Shown here in pieces: positions 8,889 through 16,156 of a stretch of 64,000 nucleotides of DNA (within the stretch, counting starts at the first letter, position 1; every line of letters begins with the position of its first letter). Below the pieces are notes generated by a model. It made no database searches. It was given only the letters and a program-made list of their open reading frames with translations, and had not been told where the DNA came from. Position numbers and translations under genes: made by a program. This DNA comes from Syntrophaceae bacterium (GTDB lineage: Bacteria; Desulfobacterota; BSN033; UBA1163), in the NCBI GenBank assembly GCA_013388635.1, contig JACAEX010000080.1, positions 5,803 through 69,802 on the forward strand. Direction: 5' to 3'.

Positions 8889-10746
8889 TTCTCCTCAGGA
8901 GTTGGAAAAATACAGGGAAGGGATCCGCCGCAGAAGAGACCCCCATCAGGCCTTCATCACGGTTTGCGGGGGAACGGGGTGTCATGCCTCAGGATGTCAT
9001 GCCGTGGTGGATGCCTTCAAAAAGGTCATTCAGGAGAAGGCCAAGGGCAATGGGGTGGGCCTTCGCGTGACAGGGTGTCACGGCTTCTGTGAAAGAGGGC
9101 CATTGGTGGTCCTTCATCCCCAGAAGGTCCTTTACCAGCGAGTCAAACCAGAGGATGCGCCAAAGATCTTTGAAGAGACGGTCCTGAATGGAAAGATTGT
9201 GGAATCCTTGCTTTATGAACATCCGACCACAGGGGAGAAGATCGTTTCGGAAGAGGAGGTCCCCTTCTACAAAAAACAGATGCGGATCATCTTCGGGAAT
9301 AATGGAAGTATCGACCCCGCTCAGATCGAGGACTATCTGGCGGTCGGAGGATATCAAGCCTTATGTAAGGCCCTTTTTTCGATGAAGCCGGAAGAAGTCA
9401 TTCGAGAGGTGAAGAAGGCCAACCTGAGAGGAAGAGGGGGAGGAGGATTCCCGGCTGGTCTGAAGTGGGAACAGTGCCGGAATGCGCCGGGTGAGATCAA
9501 GTATGTGATCTGCAATGCAGATGAAGGAGACCCCGGGGCCTATATGGACCGGAGCCTTTTGGAGGGAAATCCTCATAGCGTACTCGAAGGCATGATCATC
9601 GGGGCCTATGCGATCGGAGCCCATGAAGGGTATGTATTTGTCCGGCACGAATACCCGCTGGCCGTTGTGAATATTGGCATTGCGATCCAACAGGCCCGGG
9701 AATTGGGGCTTCTTGGAAAAGAGATCCTCGGATCGGGATTTTCGTTCGATGTTCAGATCAGCAGGGGAGGCGGGGCCTTTGTAGCAGGAGAATCGACCGC
9801 TCTCATGGCCACGATTGAAGGGAATGTGGGAGAGCCGAGAGCCAAGCACATCCATACGGTCATCAGTGGTCTCTGGGATAGGCCGACCAATCTGAACAAC
9901 GTGGAGACCTGGGCCAATGTACCCCTGATCATCGATCGGGGTGCTGATTGGTACACCCAGATTGGTACCGAGGGGAGCAAAGGGACGAAGATCTTCTCCC
10001 TCGTCGGTAAGGTGAACAATACCGGTCTGGTCGAAGTCCCCATGGGAATTACCCTCAGGGAGATCGTTTATGATATCGGAGGTGGCATCCCGGGAGGAAA
10101 GAAATTAAAAGCCGTGCAAACCGGAGGGCCATCGGGTGGATGCATTCCTGAGTCTCTCATCGATTTGCCTGTGGACTTCGATCGACTTACCGAAGTGGGT
10201 TCCATGATGGGCTCAGGCGGAATGATCGTCATGGACGAGTCGACCTGCATGGTGGACGTGGCCAAGTATTTTATGAACTTCCTCAAGGACGAATCGTGCG
10301 GGAAGTGTACCTCCTGCCGCGAGGGCACGAGACGGATGCATGAGATCCTGATGGAGATTACGGAGGGGAGGGGAACCCTGGACCACCTCGACCTTCTCGA
10401 GGAATTGGGCTGGGTCACTGCTGAGGCTTCCCTCTGCGCCCTGGGAGGGACAGCGCCCAATCCAGTCCTTTCCACCCTTCGCTATTTCCGGGATGAGTAT
10501 AAAGAACATATTCTGAACAAACGATGTCCGGCCAAGGTCTGCCGCGCTCTTCTGAAATACCGGATTCTTTCCGATGTGTGCACGATGTGCGGGAGGTGTG
10601 CGAAGGCCTGCCCGGTTGAGGCGATCAGCGGTAAGGTCAAGACAAAGAAAGAGAAGGGAATCCCTTTCAAGATCGACGAGCAGAAATGTATTAAGTGCGG
10701 GATGTGTTTCGAGTCCTGTAAATTTGAAGCAATCGAAGTCCAATAA
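8875..10746 (+). CDS. NuoF-like NAD(P)H-binding flavoprotein subunit (HydB/HndC architecture)
   Basis: 623 aa. N-terminal thioredoxin-like 2Fe-2S domain (CGGTGCHASGCHAV). NuoF core with FMN/NADH motifs (GRGGGGFPAG) and a 4Fe-4S cluster (ESCGKCTSCREG). Two C-terminal CxxCxxCxxxCP ferredoxin motifs. Confidence 0.85.
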   Translation: MGRLSSPQELEKYREGIRRRRDPHQAFITVCGGTGCHASGCHAVVDAFKKVIQEKAKGNGVGLRVTGCHGFCERGPLVVLHPQKVLYQRVKPEDAPKIFEETVLNGKIVESLLYEHPTTGEKIVSEEEVPFYKKQMRIIFGNNGSIDPAQIEDYLAVGGYQALCKALFSMKPEEVIREVKKANLRGRGGGGFPAGLKWEQCRNAPGEIKYVICNADEGDPGAYMDRSLLEGNPHSVLEGMIIGAYAIGAHEGYVFVRHEYPLAVVNIGIAIQQARELGLLGKEILGSGFSFDVQISRGGGAFVAGESTALMATIEGNVGEPRAKHIHTVISGLWDRPTNLNNVETWANVPLIIDRGADWYTQIGTEGSKGTKIFSLVGKVNNTGLVEVPMGITLREIVYDIGGGIPGGKKLKAVQTGGPSGGCIPESLIDLPVDFDRLTEVGSMMGSGGMIVMDESTCMVDVAKYFMNFLKDESCGKCTSCREGTRRMHEILMEITEGRGTLDHLDLLEELGWVTAEASLCALGGTAPNPVLSTLRYFRDEYKEHILNKRCPAKVCRALLKYRILSDVCTMCGRCAKACPVEAISGKVKTKKEKGIPFKIDEQKCIKCGMCFESCKFEAIEVQ

Positions 10747-10942
10747 AGTCAATGGTCGAAGGGTAACGGCAAGGAGGTCCGTTTCGTTAGGGGGTTAGGT
10801 TTTCAGAGTCTTTTAGCCGTAACCCATTCACGATATACGAAACCGGCTTTGTAACCATAACCCATTGACCATTTCGCTGTTTGTAGGTGACGAAATCGAC
10901 CCAATGACTCAATGATTTGTTCTTGATCAGGAGGAGCAGATA

Positions 10943-11659
10943 ATGATCCCCATTACGATTGATGGCCAGCCTGTTGAGGGAAAAGAGGGTGAGAATATCT
11001 TGCAAGTGGCACTCGATGCGGGATTTGATATTCCCCATCTCTGTTATAACGAAAATGTTAAGCCTTATGGCGCTTGCCGTCTCTGCCTGGTGGAGGTGGT
11101 CCGGAGAGGGAGGTCGAGAATGACCACTGCCTGCACCTATCCTGTCATGGAGGGGATTGAGGTGCTCACCCAATCGGAAAAGGTCTTGCGGGCTCGGCGG
11201 ATGATCATGGAACTTATCCTCGCCATGTGTCCGGGAGATAAACTGATCCAGGACATGGCGAAGCAGATGGGGGTTGAGCAGGTTCGTTTCAAGAAGGACG
11301 ATAATAAAGATTGTATCCTCTGCGGTCTCTGTGCCAGGGTGTGCGATGAAGTGGTGGGTGCCCATGCCATCAGCTTTGCCTTCAGGGGAGATCGGAGAGA
11401 GATGGTGCCTCCGTTTCTCGGGGAGGCGATGAATTGCATTGCCTGTGGAGCTTGCGTGGTTGTCTGTCCGGTGGATGTGATCCGGATGAAAGAGGAGGGG
11501 GATGAGCGGACGATCATCCGGTGGAAGCGGACCCTGAAGATGAAGCAGTGCAAGGTCTGCGGGAACTATTTTGCTCCCTGGTTTCAGCTGGAGAAGTTTA
11601 AAGAAAGGGCCAAGCTCCCGAAGGACTTTTTTGATGTCTGCTTCACCTGTCGGGGTTGA
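10943..11659 (+). CDS. NuoG-N-terminal-like iron-sulfur protein (2Fe-2S plus His/Cys 4Fe-4S and 4Fe-4S dicluster)
   Basis: 238 aa. A plant-type 2Fe-2S ferredoxin start (ITIDGQPVEGKEGENILQVALDAGFDIPHLCY...C...C) is followed by 4Fe-4S motifs (CILCGLCARVCDE; CIACGACVVVCPVD). It lacks any catalytic hydrogenase or FDH domain. RBS GGAGGAG lies upstream. Confidence 0.7.
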   Translation: MIPITIDGQPVEGKEGENILQVALDAGFDIPHLCYNENVKPYGACRLCLVEVVRRGRSRMTTACTYPVMEGIEVLTQSEKVLRARRMIMELILAMCPGDKLIQDMAKQMGVEQVRFKKDDNKDCILCGLCARVCDEVVGAHAISFAFRGDRREMVPPFLGEAMNCIACGACVVVCPVDVIRMKEEGDERTIIRWKRTLKMKQCKVCGNYFAPWFQLEKFKERAKLPKDFFDVCFTCRG

Positions 11660-11719
11660 CATCATCGACGAATTGGAATATAGTTATTTCAATACAGTTT
11701 ATCATAGGGAGTTGCAGGT

Positions 11720-12163
11720 ATGGTGTATGTGAAGTGGGAGCCTTTTCGGGACCTGATGGCCATGCAGGACCGGATGGCCCGACTCTTTGACGAGACGCTA
11801 TCCCGCATCTGGAAGGAGGAGGTTCCCCAGAGAGTCTGGTCTCCTCCGGTCGATATTCTGGAGGGGGAGGGCGAAGTAGTTCTGAAGGTGGATCTGCCCG
11901 AGGTCAACCAGAATGATATCGATATCAAGGTCGAAGAGGACACGCTGATCATTCAAGGGGAGAGAAAGTTCATCAAAGAGACATCCGCTGAGAATGTTCT
12001 CAAAATCGAAAGGCCATATGGAAATTTCCATCGGACCTTTTCCATTCCAAGAATGATTGACCGTGAAAAGATCAGAGCCGCCTATAGAGATGGTGTGCTC
12101 AGGGTTGTCCTGCCCAAGAAGACAGAGGTTCACCGAAAACAGATCCTCGTTGATGAGAGATGA
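11720..12163 (+). CDS. Hsp20/alpha-crystallin family small heat-shock protein
   Basis: 147 aa. Alpha-crystallin domain motifs (VDILEGEGEVVLKVDLPEV...DIDIKVEEDTLIIQGER...RPYGNFHRTFSIP). Confidence 0.85.
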   Translation: MVYVKWEPFRDLMAMQDRMARLFDETLSRIWKEEVPQRVWSPPVDILEGEGEVVLKVDLPEVNQNDIDIKVEEDTLIIQGERKFIKETSAENVLKIERPYGNFHRTFSIPRMIDREKIRAAYRDGVLRVVLPKKTEVHRKQILVDER

Positions 12164-12176
12164 CGGAGAAGGCGAA

Positions 12177-12204
12177 AGGGGCCTGAATCAGGGCCCCTTT
12201 TTTA
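12177..12204 (+). terminator. Rho-independent terminator after hsp20
   Basis: Stem AGGGGCC / GGCCCCT with loop TGAATCA, followed by a T7 run. Confidence 0.6.
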
Positions 12205-12294
12205 TTGTCTAAGAATTTATTCCAATCCCCCGAAAAGAGATTTCGCTCCGATGCGCTCATCCACGGACCCCGGTTAGAATTTTACTCAGCGCAC

Positions 12295-12329
12295 ATAAAA
12301 AAGGCGGCAGGGGTTTATCCCTGCCACCT
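12295..12329 (-). terminator. Rho-independent terminator after the OmpA-domain gene (minus strand)
   Basis: On the minus strand, GGTGGCAGGG-ataaac-CCCTGCCGCC is followed by TTTTTTAT. Confidence 0.5.
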
Positions 12330-12361
12330 CTCAGAGTTCAAATCAATGAAAAACTCAATTT

Positions 12362-13186
12362 CTACGGAATTACCCGGAACTCGACCCTTCTGTTCTTGGC
12401 CCTGCCTTCTTTGGTTGTATTATCTGCAATGGGCTTTATGCTTCCGTACCCTTTTACGATCAACCGATCCTCTGGGATGTTAAACTTATCTTGCAGATAC
12501 TTCTTCGCGCTAAGGGCCCTCTTTTCTGATATCTTCTGGTTCGCGGTTGCCGAGCCGGCTCCATCGGTATGCCCTCCGATTTCCACCTTGAGCTGGGGGT
12601 TTCCTTTAAGGATCATCCCGTTTCGATCCAGCGCCTTGGCTGCCAGAGGGCTGATATTTGTCTTGTTGGGTTCGAAATAGATCGTGTCAAACACCGGAGG
12701 CGCAACCGGTTTTGGTGGAGGAGCTGGTTTGGGTGGGGGAGGCGGTGGCGGCGGAGGAGGCGCTGCTGGTGTAGGCGGTGGCGGCGCAGGAGGCGCCGGA
12801 GGCGGAGGTGCTGCTGGTGTAGGCTCTGGCGGCGTAGGAGGCGCCGGAGGCGGTGGAGGTGGCGCTGGCGGTGCTGGTGGTGCCGGCGGTTTTTCGCAGA
12901 TCCTAATCGCTTCTAAGGACCTCTCTTTCGATATCGCAATGGCTTGGTCTATCTTATCAGTGGGCTTCAACCAAAATTTACGGATCCCATAGTCAGCCAG
13001 AGCCAGGTTCGCCTCCGCGGCAGCGTATTCACAAGGTGCGCACTTTTTTGCTCCGATCAATGTGGCCTTTTGAAATAGATCTTTAGCTTCATCATAGGCC
13101 ATCATGGTCTCTCGGCTAACGGCACATCCTGAAGCGATCATTGCTCCCAAGATAAGAACGATCAACATCATCCACTTCTTGCTCAT
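12362..13186 (-). CDS. OmpA-family lipoprotein with N-terminal DUF4398-like domain and long proline-rich (PAPP) linker
   Basis: Lipoprotein signal (LILGAMIASGC). The C-terminal OmpA peptidoglycan-binding motifs are NTDxxGxxxYNxxLSxxRA-like (HTDGAGSATANQKISEKRALSAKKYL). The linker of roughly 75 aa is almost pure P/A/T. Confidence 0.8.
   Translation of the reverse strand: MSKKWMMLIVLILGAMIASGCAVSRETMMAYDEAKDLFQKATLIGAKKCAPCEYAAAEANLALADYGIRKFWLKPTDKIDQAIAISKERSLEAIRICEKPPAPPAPPAPPPPPPAPPTPPEPTPAAPPPPAPPAPPPPTPAAPPPPPPPPPPKPAPPPKPVAPPVFDTIYFEPNKTNISPLAAKALDRNGMILKGNPQLKVEIGGHTDGAGSATANQKISEKRALSAKKYLQDKFNIPEDRLIVKGYGSIKPIADNTTKEGRAKNRRVEFRVIP
12700..12900 (-). repeat. low-complexity GC-rich (GGN/CCN) tract encoding the Pro/Ala-rich linker
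   Basis: Degenerate repeats of ggcgg/ggagg/gctgg units on the plus strand. They lie within the coding sequence of the OmpA-domain gene. Confidence 0.7.
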
Positions 13187-13213
13187 ATTTCACCCCCTTC
13201 TGTTCTGGTCCTA

Positions 13214-13504
13214 CTATTTCTTCTTCACCTGGGTCAGACCGGACTCAGCAGCAGATTTCGACTGCTCTGCAAATTTCTGAGCTCCCTTAAAATCGTTATT
13301 ATAGAATTCGACTTGAGAGATCCCAAAATTACTCCCGGCGCTGCAATACTCATAGGGAGCCAGTTTTTCTCCTCCTGCTGCTTTGAGTTCGAGAATGAGC
13401 TTCTCCGCATCCTTCATCTCTCTCTTCGCTGAAAAGTAGTAACAACCGGAGAGAAGAAAGGAGAGAAGGACAAATCCCATCAATAATAGATGCGTCTTCT
13501 TCAT
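13214..13504 (-). CDS. DUF4398-like lipoprotein
   Basis: Internal ATG at 13504 (MKKTHLLLMGFVLLSFLLSGC...) with an AGGAGG RBS. The motif APYEY...A...NF is shared with the N-domain of the downstream OmpA-family protein. The tracked N-terminal extension is rejected. Confidence 0.6.
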   Translation of the reverse strand: MKKTHLLLMGFVLLSFLLSGCYYFSAKREMKDAEKLILELKAAGGEKLAPYEYCSAGSNFGISQVEFYNNDFKGAQKFAEQSKSAAESGLTQVKKK

Positions 13505-13561
13505 GGGTACACCTCCTTTCACATTGTTTATAACAATATATAAAAGCGTCCCATTTGTCAA

Positions 13562-13813
13562 TTATTTTTTCTCTTCAAGATATCTTTTAAGACAGTCCGG
13601 GTTGCAAAAAAAATGGTCCTTTCCTCCGACTCTCTTTTTTATGGCGGATCGTTTCGGGATATAGGTCTTGCAATAGGGATCCTCAACCAGTTCTTCCGGC
13701 TCGGATCTTCCATCCCTTCTCTTTCTGAAGAGCAAGATGTCCTTGATCAGGAAGTAGAGAACATAGTAGAAAACGGAGACGAGAATAATGAAAAAGATGA
13801 GTCGAACCATCAC
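13562..13813 (-). CDS. small membrane-anchored YHS/TRASH-like metal-binding domain protein
   Basis: 83 aa with an N-terminal TM helix. The C-terminal DPYCKTY...GGKDHFFCNPDCLKRY matches the YHS-domain pattern (DPVCGM...GKxYYFCSxxC). Confidence 0.5.
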   Translation of the reverse strand: MMVRLIFFIILVSVFYYVLYFLIKDILLFRKRRDGRSEPEELVEDPYCKTYIPKRSAIKKRVGGKDHFFCNPDCLKRYLEEKK

Positions 13814-13885
13814 CAGCCCAGCTTCAAGAAACGACCGTCCGGGAGCACAGGGCGTAGCGAAAAATTTCTTGGTATGCGCCTTGCT

Positions 13886-14386
13886 CTATGCCCTTTGCGT
13901 TTCAATTCTTTCCACCCCCTGATCCTCTTTGATCTCGTCCAGGAGCTCTCCCACACTCTTTTTTAGCACAGGATGGATCAAGTTTCGATCGATCTCGGCA
14001 AGGGGGATGAGGACGAACTGGCGCTCATGAAGGAGAGGATGTGGGATCTGGAGCTCTTCTGTTCTGATCTTCCTATCATCGAACATGAGGATGTCGAGAT
14101 CGATCACGCGCGGACCGTATCGGAACGTTTGTTTGCGGCCCAGACGGGTTTCGATCAGCTTCAGCTCCCGGAGGAGCCTGAGAGGTTCAAGGGCTGTTTC
14201 GATCTTTATCACGCCATTGACGAACCAATCCTGGTCGGTGTAACCCACCGGTTTCGTTTTGAAGAGCGAGGATTTTGCCAGGAGCCTATGGTTATCCACG
14301 ACCAGAATTTCGGCGATGGCCTGTTCGCACTGGTGAACTTTGTTCCCAACGTTTGAACCGATCCCAATATAGGCAATATGGCTCAT
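13886..14386 (-). CDS. folK: 2-amino-4-hydroxy-6-hydroxymethyldihydropteridine diphosphokinase
   Basis: HPPK motifs (IAYIGIGSNVG...GPRVIDLDIL...ERQFVL). The start is taken at an internal ATG (MSHIAYIG). Confidence 0.8.
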   Translation of the reverse strand: MSHIAYIGIGSNVGNKVHQCEQAIAEILVVDNHRLLAKSSLFKTKPVGYTDQDWFVNGVIKIETALEPLRLLRELKLIETRLGRKQTFRYGPRVIDLDILMFDDRKIRTEELQIPHPLLHERQFVLIPLAEIDRNLIHPVLKKSVGELLDEIKEDQGVERIETQRA

Positions 14387-14521
14387 TCTGGCCGGAGAGG
14401 AGAGGCCCCCAGTTTCACCCTGCACCGTTCAAGACCCCGTCTTCTAATCAAGTAAGGAAATCCCTTTTAGGGAGAGATCCTCCCGATCAAAATGGGGGCT
14501 TCAAGGAGATGCGGCACGGGT

Positions 14522-14713
14522 TTACTTTTTCTCCGAGACTTCTTCGCTCTTTTTCGGAGTGACGTCGATCTCTTCCTGGTCCTTGGTCGCCTTCCTGAAG
14601 TTCCGGATCCCTTTACCAATACCCTCACCGATCTGGGGCAGTTTTCCAGCACCAAAAATGATCAGAACGATCACCAGGATCACGATCAACTCCGGCATCC
14701 CTATCCCGAACAT
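14522..14713 (-). CDS. tatA: twin-arginine translocase subunit TatA/E
   Basis: 63 aa. [29 protein letters not shown]... is the canonical TatA N-terminus, followed by a charged tail. Confidence 0.85.
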   Translation of the reverse strand: MFGIGMPELIVILVIVLIIFGAGKLPQIGEGIGKGIRNFRKATKDQEEIDVTPKKSEEVSEKK

Positions 14714-14798
14714 CTTTTCCTCCTTTTAAACCGCAGAGGGCAAAGGGCAGAGCGTTTTGGTTTTACACTGAGCTCTATGCTCCATGCGTCTGTCAGGT

Positions 14799-14893
14799 TG
14801 GCGGAAGTGCATGGGAATCGAACCCACCGCGGACATCTTCTGCCCGCCACTGGATTTGAAGTCCAGGAGGCCCACCAGGACCTAACCACTTCC
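14799..14893 (-). tRNA. selC: tRNA-Sec (selenocysteine tRNA, anticodon UCA)
   Basis: The minus-strand read is GGAAGTGGTTAGGTCCTGGTGGGCCTCCTGGACTTCAAATCCAGTGGCGGGCAGAAGATGTCCGCGGTGGGTTCGATTCCCATGCACTTCCGCCA (95 nt). Anticodon stem CTGGA/TCCAG with loop CTTCAAA gives anticodon TCA. Long variable arm (GCGGGCA-GAAGA-TGTCCGC). T-loop TTCGATT with a 5-bp stem. 7-8 bp acceptor stem and an encoded CCA. Confidence 0.8.
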
Positions 14894-14900
14894 AGCTCTC

Positions 14901-14929
14901 AGAATAATAGGTTTTCTCTTTAAAGTCAA
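14901..14929 (-). promoter_or_regulatory. sigma70-like promoter for selC (TTGACT-N17-TATTCT)
   Basis: On the minus strand, TTGACT-ttaaagagaaaacctat-TATTCT ends 7 nt before the tRNA 5' G. Confidence 0.45.
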
Positions 14930-14973
14930 CCCATTCGAGGGGCTCGGCCGGTTGTCAGAGAGGTCTCCCTCTC

Positions 14974-15234
14974 TCAAAGACCCAGCTTGCTCAGGGTTTG
15001 CGGGCCAGAGATCCTTAGCGTCTTCTCTCGGGAGTGATGGCCCCTGATGATTTTGATTTGGGAGGGCGAGATCTGTAATTCCTCGGCTAAGAACAGGATC
15101 AGGCCGCGGTTTGCTTTTCCCTCAACCGGAGGGGCAGCCACCCTTATCTTCACTCCGTCTCGGTATGGACCGACGATCTCGTTCTTTGCCGATTTTGGTT
15201 GAACGTAAACCTTCAAGATAATGCTTTCCATCAC
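14974..15234 (-). CDS. DUF167 (YggU/UPF0235) family protein
   Basis: 86 aa. The motif VKIRVAAPPVEGKANRGLILFLAEEL is typical of DUF167. The tracked start is GTG. Confidence 0.7.
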   Translation of the reverse strand: MMESIILKVYVQPKSAKNEIVGPYRDGVKIRVAAPPVEGKANRGLILFLAEELQISPSQIKIIRGHHSREKTLRISGPQTLSKLGL

Positions 15235-15282
15235 CGGTTTGATTTGTGCCAGCTGCTATTCTGAGGTCATTCCCTCGGGATA

Positions 15283-15350
15283 ATGGAATAGTGGAACAAT
15301 GGAATAATGAAGACAACCAATTTTCCATCATTCCATTATTTCGTTATTCC
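15283..15350 (-). repeat. array of TGGAAT/ATTCCA hexamer repeats forming an imperfect palindrome
   Basis: ATGGAATA-GTGGAACA-ATGGAATAATGAAG-acaaccaatt-TTCCATCATTCCATT-atttcg-TTATTCC gives three direct and three inverted copies. The coordinates are approximate. The array lies in the pgeF/DUF167 intergenic region and overlaps the pgeF stop. Confidence 0.4.
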
Positions 15351-16127
15351 GATGAATGAGAGTTGTCTTCCTGTCTGACCTTCTCCTCGGTAGGAGAAGA
15401 AGAGCTCCCTGTGGCAGCTGGTGCAGAGATCGATCCTGAAGATCTGCTCTTCTCGAATCCCCTCTTTTTTCATCTGGTCGATATTGATCGCAACAAGGTC
15501 CACGTTCCATCTTCCACCTCCTTTTGGAATGGAGAAGGATTCCCACTCTGGCCGAAAGACCTTGGCATCGATTTCATAGCAACATGGTCCGATGGAGGGG
15601 CCCAGGGCGATGAGGAGGTTTTCTGATAGACAGCCGAATTCTGTCTTCATCCTTCTTAGAACCTTTGTGGTGATACCAAGGCCTGTGCCCGCTCTTCCGG
15701 AATGGATCGCTGCGATCACCTTCCTTTTCCGGTCGGCGACGAAGATGGGAAGGCAGTCCGCTGTGAGGATGCCGAGAAAGATATTGGGGCAATCCGTGAT
15801 CATCGCATCATATTCTAAACGGTGAGCAAGAGCGGTCAGAGGTTCTCTGACCCAGAGAATCTGGTCTTGATGGCTTTGACGAAGAAGAACCAGGCGGCCT
15901 GGATCGAAATCAAACGCCCGGGCAATCAGACTCTTATTATTGGAAACGCGCTCTTCTTTATCACCGTTATCATCGCTCAGGTTGAGAGAATCATAAGGTG
16001 GAGAACTCACCCCTCCCTGACGGCTGAGGAAGGCGTGTTGGAGCCAACCGGTTTTTGAAAGTTCACGGATCTCAAAGTAGGGCAGACCATTTTTCGTTTT
16101 TAGAGAAGATCGATCGATGATGTTCAT
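15336..16127 (-). CDS. pgeF: peptidoglycan editing factor PgeF (YfiH/laccase-domain, purine nucleoside phosphorylase-like)
   Basis: Start at the internal ATG 16127 (MNIIDRSSLKTKNGLPYFEI...). Motifs ADCLPI, GPCCYEI and LCTSCH are present. It is adjacent to rluD, as in E. coli. The tracked 72-aa N-terminal extension is rejected. Confidence 0.8.
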   Translation of the reverse strand: MNIIDRSSLKTKNGLPYFEIRELSKTGWLQHAFLSRQGGVSSPPYDSLNLSDDNGDKEERVSNNKSLIARAFDFDPGRLVLLRQSHQDQILWVREPLTALAHRLEYDAMITDCPNIFLGILTADCLPIFVADRKRKVIAAIHSGRAGTGLGITTKVLRRMKTEFGCLSENLLIALGPSIGPCCYEIDAKVFRPEWESFSIPKGGGRWNVDLVAINIDQMKKEGIREEQIFRIDLCTSCHRELFFSYRGEGQTGRQLSFIGITK

Positions 16128-16156
16128 CTGAATTACCGAACGTAGCCCTAAAGAAT

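Noticed and set aside
10787-11665. 292-aa minus-strand ORF
   Set aside because: - It is antisense to the NuoG-N-terminal-like FeS gene, which has textbook cluster motifs.
12700-12900. Possible CRISPR-like repeat array
   Set aside because: - The repeats are degenerate GGN/CCN codon-level units inside a coding linker.
- They are not spaced direct repeats with unique spacers.
- No cas genes are present.
12684-12992. Gly-rich 102-aa plus-strand ORF (GGGAGLGGGG...) and the Arg/Trp-rich ORF at 12569..12916
   Set aside because: - These are reverse-strand and alternate-frame translations of the GC-rich tract that encodes the proline-rich linker of the OmpA-domain protein.
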